Positions 28,120-36,916 of a stretch of 64,000 nt of DNA are shown here, in pieces. The DNA lies in the IMG/VR virus record IMGVR_UViG_3300037067_011504, positions 29,766-93,765 of that record; one strand, 5' to 3'. The translations under genes were made by a program, and so were the position numbers. The notes beneath the pieces were generated by a model that was given only the letters and a program-made list of their open reading frames with translations, was not told the DNA's origin and ran no database searches. Each line of letters begins with the position of its first letter. Position 1 is the stretch's first letter. The stretch is from a virus (taxonomy: Duplodnaviria > Caudoviricetes).

Positions 28120-28550
28120 TATAGATATCTTTTAATTTTTTTCCAATAATTAATTGTGGATTTCTTATGTATACCTTTATTACCGCCATTCCATGATCTT
28201 GCAATATATTCTAATTGTAATGGATGATATTGTATAGCATAGTACATAAATATCTCTTTAGATATATCAGGATCAAACATATCAGTTATTGTATATCTTA
28301 TTCCTGTTTTTAGATAATAATCATCTAGTCGTGACTGTCTTATCTGAACTATACCATAAGACTTATATCTTAGATTAAGATCTCCTATAGCATAAGGATT
28401 AAACATTGATTCTACAGAACACGTTGCATTCCATATCTTTTCATATGGTCTTACAGGTTCTGATCTTTCAATATAAAGCACTCTGTTTATTGGACAGAAT
28501 GCTTTAATAGAAAACAGTATTATAAAAATTGTTGTGATCATCTTCTTCAT
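28119..28550 (-). CDS. secreted lysozyme/SLT-like transglycosylase
   Basis: Signal peptide; VES, GIVQI, ARxWNGG. Confidence 0.75.
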   Translation of the reverse strand: MKKMITTIFIILFSIKAFCPINRVLYIERSEPVRPYEKIWNATCSVESMFNPYAIGDLNLRYKSYGIVQIRQSRLDDYYLKTGIRYTITDMFDPDISKEIFMYYAIQYHPLQLEYIARSWNGGNKGIHKKSTINYWKKIKRYL

Positions 28551-28622
28551 AAACGAGTTATTCGTTAATAATAGAAATTTTCATGCAAGTTACAACAAAT
28601 TATTATATTGCATTTTCAACTT

Positions 28623-28922
28623 TTATTTAGACTTTTCGTAATTATCTGCTTTTGATAACGTTGGAGCATCAGAATAATATCTTCCAAGGTTATATACTGT
28701 CTTAAGATTCTTATCTTTTATTACAAGAAGTTTATAACGTACTTCACCTTTTTTAACCTCAATAATCTCGGTAGTGATATTAAGATTATCTTTTGCTACT
28801 TTACGATATAGCTCAGTTATCAATGCTGAATAAGCCGGGCTTATCAGCTTAAAACGATTAACAGTAAAATTATCAATCTTACTGATGATCCATACTTTGA
28901 ATTGTTTAAATAGTTTTTTCAT
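28623..28922 (-). CDS. hypothetical protein
   Basis: Start placed at MKKLF. Confidence 0.5.
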   Translation of the reverse strand: MKKLFKQFKVWIISKIDNFTVNRFKLISPAYSALITELYRKVAKDNLNITTEIIEVKKGEVRYKLLVIKDKNLKTVYNLGRYYSDAPTLSKADNYEKSK

Positions 28923-28932
28923 TTTTATAATT

Positions 28933-29178
28933 TTAAATATTATGTAATTTAGATATTCTTTGTATATATCTTTTTTTAAATTCATCTAATGTTTCATTAG
29001 ATTTTAAAATGCCAATTAATGCTTTATTGGTATTTCTATAATTAGTATCATAGAATTTACTATCTCTTTTGTTTAAGGGAGTAGCTATAATATGACTTCT
29101 ATTAGAAATTGTAATTATTGTTATTGAATCCAAATGAGTTTGTAACTCACCATTTGTTATTAATTTCTTTATTTTCAT
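28933..29178 (-). CDS. hypothetical protein
   Basis: ORF in operon. Confidence 0.45.
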   Translation of the reverse strand: MKIKKLITNGELQTHLDSITIITISNRSHIIATPLNKRDSKFYDTNYRNTNKALIGILKSNETLDEFKKRYIQRISKLHNI

Positions 29179-29353
29179 TCTTATCTGTTTTTAACAAGTT
29201 TATACTGATTACCACAACTTTCATAAAAGAAAGCCTTAGCAACCTTTTCATTACGAAATTTATAATACGATTGTGGATATTCCTCTTTCATAACCTCATG
29301 AGGTTTGATACGGAACTTAAATCTTTTGATTGTCATGACTGCTTTACTCATAA

Positions 29354-29899
29354 TTATATAGTTTTAATTGGTTTACAACATCCGGATGATCCACCGCCAT
29401 CAGATCTTACAGCATAATATACATCACAATCATTATCATTGGCATATTGTTGTGCTATATCTTCGATTCTGTTAAATAATCCAATAACCGGTTCAATATC
29501 ATAATGAATGATCTTCTTATAGATACTGGTATAATAATCTTTATGTATCCTTTCTTTAGCTATTATACCCTGAGTAATATGTTTATCTCTTATATCATGT
29601 TTGGTATCACAATATAAGGCATCGGAGTTACTATGCCATGGTCCTTTGATATTATCCACAGTACCATCTTCAAGTTCAAATCTTAATGTAGCACCACCAA
29701 ATCCCTGGAATCCTTTATATCCTGGTTCATTCTCACAATGTTCAGGAGTACAATAGATATGATCTCCGGCATTATCATCAAGTGATACATACCAGGTCTT
29801 ATGTTCACCTTGTATCTTCTTATATCGTCTTATCTGAGCATCATGTTGACCAGATATCATTGGTCCATGTATTGAGAATTCTACTTTACCTTTTTTCAT
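29354..29899 (-). CDS. conserved phage hypothetical protein
   Basis: GFGGATLxF..EDG....KGPWHSN motif. Confidence 0.6.
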   Translation of the reverse strand: MKKGKVEFSIHGPMISGQHDAQIRRYKKIQGEHKTWYVSLDDNAGDHIYCTPEHCENEPGYKGFQGFGGATLRFELEDGTVDNIKGPWHSNSDALYCDTKHDIRDKHITQGIIAKERIHKDYYTSIYKKIIHYDIEPVIGLFNRIEDIAQQYANDNDCDVYYAVRSDGGGSSGCCKPIKTI

Positions 29900-30042
29900 G
29901 ACTCATATATATTAGAATCGACAAGCATATCATTCTTAACATCTTCAACAGATACGAATATAGTATCACAATAAGGGCAATACTCGATGTGATCACTCTC
30001 ATTAAGCTTCTCACCACAATAGGAGCATATATATCTTTCCAT
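29896..30042 (-). CDS. 48-aa Zn-ribbon protein (not in ORF track)
   Basis: MERYICSYCG...YCPYCD; ATGA overlap with the next gene. Confidence 0.55.
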   Translation of the reverse strand: MERYICSYCGEKLNESDHIEYCPYCDTIFVSVEDVKNDMLVDSNIYES

Positions 30043-30047
30043 AACTA

Positions 30048-30254
30048 TTATGCATTATAAGATTGTCTTTGTTTCTTTTGTCTTATAACAAGCTTCTTTC
30101 TATTAATATTAAGAGTATTAGAATGAAGCTTATCGCATACATAGCATCTATCAGCATCAGGACACTTAACTAATAGATTTTTCTTAAGTGGTGCATTACA
30201 ATCGATACAATGTCTTGTTGTATCTACCTGACGAAAATCAAATGGTTTTTTCAT
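30048..30254 (-). CDS. TraR/DksA-type C4 zinc-finger protein
   Basis: CIDCNAPL....L...PDADRCYVC spacing. Confidence 0.55.
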   Translation of the reverse strand: MKKPFDFRQVDTTRHCIDCNAPLKKNLLVKCPDADRCYVCDKLHSNTLNINRKKLVIRQKKQRQSYNA

Positions 30255-30319
30255 TGTTATAATGTTTTTAATAAGTTATTATATGTAAAATTAAGTAGTT
30301 AACGTGAAATATTGAATAA

Positions 30320-30955
30320 TTATAAATTAGTTTTTAACCACATTGTAAAACCAGGAGAAGTTAATGGTTCATTATATTTATTTAAAGCCCCTTGCCAAGC
30401 TCTTTCACAAAGATCAATTACTTCTTCTCTTGTCCAACTATCTTTAATTGATTTAATAGAGATAGTGTTATCTGAATTGAGTTTAAGTTGTATGCCCAAA
30501 ATAGAAAAATCATTCATAGAATTAAGATTATCATAACCCTCATACTCAACCATTACTTCTTCAATCTTATTTCCTTTGTTATATTCACTGACATATTTAT
30601 CAATGAATGATTTAGGAATAGAAGGAATATTATAATCAACATTTGGATTATAAGGATAAACACCTTTAGACGTAAGAGAAAAATCAGTTGAAGCAATAAT
30701 CTTTTTAAAATCTCTATGAGTATCAAATTTCATACTACATTGTCTTACACTATCTTCAGGTAATACTATATACCAATCACCTTCTTTGATCTCATCATCA
30801 GATAAAATATAAAGATGTTGAGGAGTTTTCATTTGAGCATGGAATATTTTTGTTCTACAGTAATGAGGAGTAGATTGTAATTCTCTATGTTTATCAATCA
30901 TCAGTCTTGCTTTTTTATCAGTTGGAAGTATAACAACTTTACATTTTTTATACAT
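30320..30955 (-). CDS. conserved Bacteroidota-phage protein
   Basis: QHLYILSDDEIKEGDW, KKIIASTD. Confidence 0.65.
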   Translation of the reverse strand: MYKKCKVVILPTDKKARLMIDKHRELQSTPHYCRTKIFHAQMKTPQHLYILSDDEIKEGDWYIVLPEDSVRQCSMKFDTHRDFKKIIASTDFSLTSKGVYPYNPNVDYNIPSIPKSFIDKYVSEYNKGNKIEEVMVEYEGYDNLNSMNDFSILGIQLKLNSDNTISIKSIKDSWTREEVIDLCERAWQGALNKYNEPLTSPGFTMWLKTNL

Positions 30956-30963
30956 AATTATAA

Positions 30964-31287
30964 TTATTTATCAAGATGATCTTCAAGTATCTCACTCATA
31001 AGCATAGCACATATAGCTTCTTTATGTTCATGTTTAGGTTCTAATGATTTCATAAATGCTACACAATAACGCCATATTTCTTTTCGTTTAGATTCATCGA
31101 TATTATTCTTGAATATAACTTTACCACCAGAAAAGAAAAGATCTGAGAATAATTTATTATATGGTGTATGACCATGTAAAAAATTTCTTTCTTTAGCTTC
31201 TTGGAGTAATTCAGGTATTGTATTATATGTACTAAATACCATCTCAATACCATTTGGTTTTGGATAATCAAATTCAAATAAATTCAT
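30964..31287 (-). CDS. hypothetical phage protein
   Basis: LFFSGG...PKHEHKEAICA motif. Confidence 0.6.
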   Translation of the reverse strand: MNLFEFDYPKPNGIEMVFSTYNTIPELLQEAKERNFLHGHTPYNKLFSDLFFSGGKVIFKNNIDESKRKEIWRYCVAFMKSLEPKHEHKEAICAMLMSEILEDHLDK

Positions 31288-31621
31288 AATTTATAATTTT
31301 TAAAGGTTTATAATAATTAGATCATTATCTACAACATAAAATATGGTTAAATAATATCAATAGGATAGCTTACATAGTTAACTATCTCATTTCAAGGCAA
31401 TATATATCATCAATAAATAATCACCATCAATTATAAGCAAATAATAGCATATATATAGCAATATCATAGTTAAATCCATCGCTTATTATAACTTATCTTT
31501 ATAATAGATCAATCATTATATTATAATAACTGGTAACATAAGATAATAATAATGATATCTATAGTATATACTTATTAATATAGTATATTCTCTTGTATTT
31601 ACTACATATATTACTTATAAA

Positions 31622-31712
31622 AAGGTAAGAAAAGGGGTAAAATAGCCATTAGATTCAGGTTTACCCGCCTTAAATACCAATGATTCTGTAAAAGAACATA
31701 CTATTTACCCCT
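31622..31712 (-). ncRNA. structured three-way-junction RNA candidate
   Basis: Closing stem GGGGUAAAUAG/CUAUUUUACCCC, inner stems with G-U pairs, U-rich end. Confidence 0.4.
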
Positions 31713-31845
31713 AATCTCAACAATATTTAATAATTTAAAGTAAAGTCGGTGATTTACTTAAATTCATTTTTGTTTTCTCGGGACCAAACTTAATAATTTA
31801 AAGCAAAATGGTTTTCATATTACTCGCTTAATCCCATGAAGTAAT

Positions 31846-31872
31846 AAAAAAAAGGGTCTTTCGACCCCTTTC
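31846..31872 (-). terminator. intrinsic terminator
   Basis: GGGTC-GAAA-GACCC followed by T8. Confidence 0.85.
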
Positions 31873-31873
31873 T

Positions 31874-32260
31874 CTACATCTCCACGCTGACAAATGTCCT
31901 GACTCTTCCCTGTTTTGACCTGAAAGCATAATCTTTCACAAGGTTCTTACTATCTTTCAGATGTGTTTCCAGATCGTCAGTAATGCCAATATTGACATTA
32001 TTGTAACTCTTGGCATTGGATTCACCTGTTATATTTGCTTTGAGTGCAAAGAATCCCATAGGTTTGTTGTCCCTTGATGTGTAAGGTATCCATGCAATAA
32101 CAGGTTGTAAACCTTCATCTTTAGACTTTTGCGTTTCAAACTTGCCGGAATACAATCCCGCTGGAATTTCGGGTATAATAGTTGCAATGGTAACACCCTT
32201 AGCAACCAATTCTTTTTGGAGTTCTTCTTTTTCGCTCCATGTTAAGCTGTTGTTGTTCAT
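31874..32260 (-). CDS. first gene of the early block, hypothetical
   Basis: Monocistronic ORF with its own terminator. Confidence 0.65.
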   Translation of the reverse strand: MNNNSLTWSEKEELQKELVAKGVTIATIIPEIPAGLYSGKFETQKSKDEGLQPVIAWIPYTSRDNKPMGFFALKANITGESNAKSYNNVNIGITDDLETHLKDSKNLVKDYAFRSKQGRVRTFVSVEM

Positions 32261-32540
32261 AACTGAATAGATTAAATGAATAAATAAAACATAATTACTA
32301 TTTGCTTTGCTTTTGTCCTTTGCACCGACAACGGCGGACAGTCCAGCAATGCTGGAACCATACAGGGGTTAACATGAGGTGGTATCTATTGACGGGTACA
32401 TATAATGGATAGGGGTATCTAATCAAGTATATATAGAGGATGGAAGGTATGGGGGGTGTATTAAGGTATATATAATAAGGTATGGGGGTATATATAGAGT
32501 TAAGGTTAAGGTAGAGGTTAAGAAGAGAAGAGATAAATTA

Positions 32541-32572
32541 TTTGGAATATATATATATATGGTATATATTTG
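32541..32572 (+). promoter_or_regulatory. Bacteroidota primary-sigma promoter
   Basis: TTTG-N20-TATATTTG (-33/-7 consensus TTTG / TAnnTTTG). Confidence 0.65.
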
Positions 32573-32577
32573 TTGCG

Positions 32578-32702
32578 TCGAATAAAAATGCAACAGAGAT
32601 GGAGGAGAGGTTTTTTTTCATATATAGGGGGTTAGGTTTAATAACAGGGGACCATCGGTGGGAGTTAGTGCATCTCCGGGACAGCCGATGGTTTTCCTTT
32701 TG
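32578..32702 (+). ncRNA. candidate stand-alone sRNA with anti-start-codon seed
   Basis: Promoter upstream, no real ORF, UUUUUUCAUAUAUAGGGGGUUAGGUUUAA seed, then a 13-bp GC/GU stem and U-tract. Confidence 0.45.
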
Positions 32703-32868
32703 TATGTTATCGGGGTAGTGGACTGACGAGGATGTGCATATTATGGTGATCATTATGCAGGAGGTTAGATCGGACTCGGTTTGGGACAGCATCGTTGGAT
32801 CGGGTAGTTGTTGTATTGTGGTTTTTGTTTTGGGTATTTCTTTTTCTTATTTTCTTTGGTGACTTTCT

Positions 32869-32899
32869 TTTGTTCTTTTTCTGGAATAGTTTATATTTG
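32869..32899 (+). promoter_or_regulatory. Bacteroidota primary-sigma promoter
   Basis: TTTG-N19-TATATTTG. Confidence 0.65.
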
Positions 32900-32974
32900 C
32901 ATACGATATATATAATATTAATTAATTAAAATAGGAGGTAACAATGCGAACGTAATAACTAATACAATCGCAAC

Positions 32975-33118
32975 GTGGCTCAAAAGAAGACACAGAAGAG
33001 AAAAGGCGGAGAGAAGAAATATGGACGTAATAAACGTCCTGTCAATTCTGCCATGAGTGCTTATGTAAGAGGGAAGATAACATTTGAATCTTATCAGAAG
33101 CAGACAAAGATGAAATGA
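32975..33118 (+). CDS. 47-aa highly basic protein (GTG start; not in ORF track)
   Basis: MAQKKTQKRKGGEKKYGRNKRPVNSAMSAYVRGKITFESYQKQTKMK, lying between a promoter and a terminator. Confidence 0.6.
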   Translation: MAQKKTQKRKGGEKKYGRNKRPVNSAMSAYVRGKITFESYQKQTKMK

Positions 33119-33149
33119 GTTGATCCTACCATGTGGAGGAGACAAATCG

Positions 33150-33181
33150 AAAAGAGGCAATCAAGATATTGACCTCTTTTT
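33150..33181 (+). terminator. intrinsic terminator
   Basis: AAAAGAGG-CAAT...ATTG-A-CCTCTTTTT. Confidence 0.7.
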
Positions 33182-33226
33182 GCATTTATATATAATATAA
33201 GGTATATATTAATGTTGGAGATAATA

Positions 33227-33258
33227 TTTGTTATATATAATAATAAGGTATAGATTTG
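33227..33258 (+). promoter_or_regulatory. Bacteroidota primary-sigma promoter for the virion block
   Basis: TTTG-N20-TAGATTTG. Confidence 0.6.
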
Positions 33259-33296
33259 TGTATTAGAATTTATTAATTCATTAAATAATAGTTATT

Positions 33297-33824
33297 ATGG
33301 GAATAGAAAGATTAACAAAGGATAGGGTATCATTGAGTAAGTTAGTGGTACCGGTAACAGCAGATAAGATGAATGAGGTAATAGATACTCTTAATAGTCT
33401 TACTGCTGTAAGTTGTTTAAAGACTATAAGGAAGACGATAGGGTTTCCAGGGGCAACGACAACGGACTACAAGTTCACGTCAGCGGAAAACACTACTGAG
33501 CAGGTTGTTATATTAAGGAATATCATACCTGCGAGAGCAAGGATAGCAGATATATATCTTTTGACAGATAGGGAGTTTGTAGGAGCGACAAACTTATCGG
33601 TAGATGTAGGATCGGCAAGTGGAGGTGATCAGTATATAGCAGCAGCAGATATTGTTGCGAAGAATGCCATATTACCAATGGCAGCAGCAGGGGCGTTTGT
33701 CACGTCACCATCGGCAAGTGTGTTACATGTATATGTTAATGCCACACCAGGAGCTAACTGGAATCTGCATACAGAAGGACAGTTATCAGTTTATATAATA
33801 TATATTGATGTTACTGATTTATAA
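33297..33824 (+). CDS. putative head decoration/fibre protein
   Basis: N-terminal VxAxKxNEVIxxLN shared with the next gene; beta-rich C-terminal domain. Confidence 0.55.
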   Translation: MGIERLTKDRVSLSKLVVPVTADKMNEVIDTLNSLTAVSCLKTIRKTIGFPGATTTDYKFTSAENTTEQVVILRNIIPARARIADIYLLTDREFVGATNLSVDVGSASGGDQYIAAADIVAKNAILPMAAAGAFVTSPSASVLHVYVNATPGANWNLHTEGQLSVYIIYIDVTDL

Positions 33825-33855
33825 TTAGAGTTTATTAACTTAAAAAAGAAAAGAA

Positions 33856-36800
33856 ATGGCAGTTATTGATTTGATCAACAAGACTAACTTTCTTCCCACT
33901 AAGATACCCATCAAGGTACCGGCAGAGAAGGTTAATGAGGTTATCAGCAGACTTAATACAATAAGTTCTGGTAATGGGGTACTTGAAGCGGATACTATTA
34001 ATGAATATACATCAGGAGCTGGTGTGACCATTGATGGTGTTCTTATAAAAGATGGTACGGTGACTACTACGGCACCTACTATTAAGAGTGTGGCACCGGC
34101 TGTCACGGCACATGCCGGAGGCACTAAGGCAGCAGCCTTCCAGCTGACAGAAGAGCTTAATGTCATCACTACGTGTGCCACAGCACTGGATAGTGTGTTG
34201 TTACCATCAGCTGTTGTAGGGCAGGAGATAACAGTTGCTAACCTTGGTGTGGCAACGTGTGCTATATATGCATATGGAGCGGTAGACACTATTGATGATA
34301 TAGTAGCAGCTAACCCATTCATCCTTAATCCGGAGGATGTTGTTACATTTCATTGTTATACTGTAGATAAATGGCAGTCAGATTCCGAGTCAGATGGTGT
34401 ATATGACAGGATATATGTAGATACTATTTCCGAAAATACTTCAGCAGCAGGTATAACAATAGATAGTGTATTACTCAAGGATGGTAGTATAGCACTTCCA
34501 AAGGCAGCAGCTCATTCGTTGATCCTTACAGACAGCACTACTGCAACAGAGACAGGAGGAGCATTATCTATCACAGGTGCTGCAGGAGCCACGACAGGAT
34601 CAGGAGGTGGCATAACGATACGTGCAGGGGCGTCAGGAGCTGGTGGTGCTACAGGTAATGGTGGTAATACTTATGTCATTGGTGGTGCATCAGTAGCAAC
34701 GAATGGCATCGGAGGATCGGCAAACCTCACAGGAGGGGCAGGGACAGGCACACAGCCTGGAGGATTAGCACAGATAACAACAGGAGCTAATGCAGGTACC
34801 ACAGGAGGAGCATCAGGGGAACTAATACTTGGTATTGGTGGAGCAGCAACACATACTGTTGGTACAGGAGGAGCAGGTGGTACAATAAGCATCACAGGTG
34901 CTGCTGGAGGACTGGCCAGTGGAGCAGCAGGGATTGGAGGAGCAGGATCAGTCATTAGTATATCATCTGGTGCAGGAGGAGCAACGACAAGTGCCACAGG
35001 TGGTATATCAGGCAGAGGAGGTGAGATAGATCTCACGGCAGGTGATGGTGGAGCATTAGAAGCAACCAACGCAGCAGTAGCCAGTGCAGGAGGGACCATT
35101 GATCTCAATGCCGGTCATGGAGGAGCAGCTACAGGCGGTACAGGAGGTGCCGGAGGAAGTATAACACTTAATGCAGGTAACTCAGGTGCATCAACAGCCA
35201 CTGGAGGTGCTGCAGGCATAGTATCTATTGCAGGAGGTACAGGTATGTTAGCCACAGCAGGTGGCGTGGTAGAACTGACAGGAGGTATAGGAGGTACTAC
35301 AGCTGCCGGAGGAGCAGTGACAGCAAGAGGAGGTCAGGGAGGAGCAACGAATGGCAATGGTGGTGACGCTAACCTCGTTGGTGGAGCACCACAAGGGACA
35401 GGCACAGGAGGACAGGTAGCTATCAATGCCGGTGATGCAGTAGCACAATCTGGTCATGCAGGATCGATATCAATACAACCTGGTGACGGCTTTGCAGGAC
35501 TTATAGCAGTCAATGGCACCAATGCTGGTAATGCAACTATAGTAGCAGGTACCCCTGGTACAGCAGTGACAGGTACAGCTGGTACAGGAGGTACGATAGC
35601 ATTACAGGGATCAACAGGAGGAGCAGCCAGTGGTGCTGCAGGGACAGGTGGTACAGGAACGATAATAAGTATTACATCAGGAGCAGGTGGAGCTACAACA
35701 GAAGGATCGGGAGGAGCAGAGACAGGAGGTACTGCAGGTTATATACTCGTTGATACAGGTGATGGTGGAGCGATACATGCAAGCAGTATAGGTACAGCAG
35801 GTAATGGTGGACAACTAACCGTTAGCACAGGTAACGGAGGAGCTGCCACGGCAGGAACAGCAGGGAACGGTGGAGAATTATATATAACAGCAGGAGATGG
35901 TGGAGCAGGGACGACAGCTGGCGAAGCAGGATTCATCTCTATCACAGGAGGCGCTGGAGGTGCCGCAGCAGCAGGAGCACATGGAGGACATATCATCATT
36001 GATGGTGGTACAGGAGGTGCTACTAATGGCGCAGGAGGTGATGTGGTCATAACTGGTGGTACTGGCAATGGTACAGGACTGGATGGATCAGTAAATATAG
36101 GTGATTCAACAACTGATGAAGTGACATTACTTGCTGATACAGGAGTACATGCTCAGAGATTATTCACGCTTGATAAATATTTCTGGTGTGAAGATTTTGA
36201 TGAAGAGGTTGCAGCAGTGACTCTTGATGCAGGACTGAGAGGTGATGAGTGGGCAGCAGCAGCAGGTACCAACGGTGATGCAGCTGATATAACATATATT
36301 GCAGGAGTAGGAGGTATCATACAGGCTGAGACAGACGGTGCAGATAATGATAGTATATGCTCTATGCGTAATGTACCATCATTTAATACTGATTCTAATC
36401 CGGTCATGGAGGTCAGGTTCAGGGTATCTGTTGTCAGTGGTGCAGCAGCCAATGGTATGGCTGCCTTTGTAGGGTTTACCGATTCTACCTTTGCATTATC
36501 AAGTGACAAGGAAGGTGGAGGAGCAAATAACTTCGCACTGATAGGAATAGATACTGATAATGATCATACCTTTGGTGCAGATCAGATAGTGTTCTGTACT
36601 GATGATGATGGAGGATCAGGTGCAGGAGGGACATATAATGATTGTGGTGTTGCTGCCACAGCAGATACATGGATAACAGCCAGGATAGACCTTACCGACA
36701 TAGAACAACCAAGAGTATGGGTTAACAATGCAGGTACAGCAATCAATCCATCACATGAGGTACCTGCTGCAAACATAACAGGTACGTTAAAAGCTAATAC

Positions 36801-36894
36801 AGTGGTATATCCTGTTTTCTATGCACAGACACTTGTTGATGCCAATGCACAGAATATACAGGTGGATTATATAAAAATCTGGCAAGACAGATAA
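33856..36894 (+). CDS. Gly/Ala/Thr-rich fibre protein
   Basis: About 26 GGxhxhxxGxGG repeats; lectin-like C-terminal domain ending VDYIKIWQ. Confidence 0.7.
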   Translation: MAVIDLINKTNFLPTKIPIKVPAEKVNEVISRLNTISSGNGVLEADTINEYTSGAGVTIDGVLIKDGTVTTTAPTIKSVAPAVTAHAGGTKAAAFQLTEELNVITTCATALDSVLLPSAVVGQEITVANLGVATCAIYAYGAVDTIDDIVAANPFILNPEDVVTFHCYTVDKWQSDSESDGVYDRIYVDTISENTSAAGITIDSVLLKDGSIALPKAAAHSLILTDSTTATETGGALSITGAAGATTGSGGGITIRAGASGAGGATGNGGNTYVIGGASVATNGIGGSANLTGGAGTGTQPGGLAQITTGANAGTTGGASGELILGIGGAATHTVGTGGAGGTISITGAAGGLASGAAGIGGAGSVISISSGAGGATTSATGGISGRGGEIDLTAGDGGALEATNAAVASAGGTIDLNAGHGGAATGGTGGAGGSITLNAGNSGASTATGGAAGIVSIAGGTGMLATAGGVVELTGGIGGTTAAGGAVTARGGQGGATNGNGGDANLVGGAPQGTGTGGQVAINAGDAVAQSGHAGSISIQPGDGFAGLIAVNGTNAGNATIVAGTPGTAVTGTAGTGGTIALQGSTGGAASGAAGTGGTGTIISITSGAGGATTEGSGGAETGGTAGYILVDTGDGGAIHASSIGTAGNGGQLTVSTGNGGAATAGTAGNGGELYITAGDGGAGTTAGEAGFISITGGAGGAAAAGAHGGHIIIDGGTGGATNGAGGDVVITGGTGNGTGLDGSVNIGDSTTDEVTLLADTGVHAQRLFTLDKYFWCEDFDEEVAAVTLDAGLRGDEWAAAAGTNGDAADITYIAGVGGIIQAETDGADNDSICSMRNVPSFNTDSNPVMEVRFRVSVVSGAAANGMAAFVGFTDSTFALSSDKEGGGANNFALIGIDTDNDHTFGADQIVFCTDDDGGSGAGGTYNDCGVAATADTWITARIDLTDIEQPRVWVNNAGTAINPSHEVPAANITGTLKANTVVYPVFYAQTLVDANAQNIQVDYIKIWQDR

Positions 36895-36916
36895 TCATTA
36901 ATAATTAATATATAAC

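Noticed and set aside
32389-32406. Sigma70 promoter TTGACG/TATAAT
   Set aside because: The spacer is only 6 bp.
32723-32790. Hammerhead ribozyme (CTGACGAG core)
   Set aside because: No downstream GAAA or compatible stems.
34555-36105. Collagen-like repeat
   Set aside because: Glycines are not in a strict G-X-Y register.
34671-36776. Minus-strand Pro/Ala-rich ORFs and other antisense ORFs in the track
   Set aside because: They are shadows of biased codons on the coding strand.
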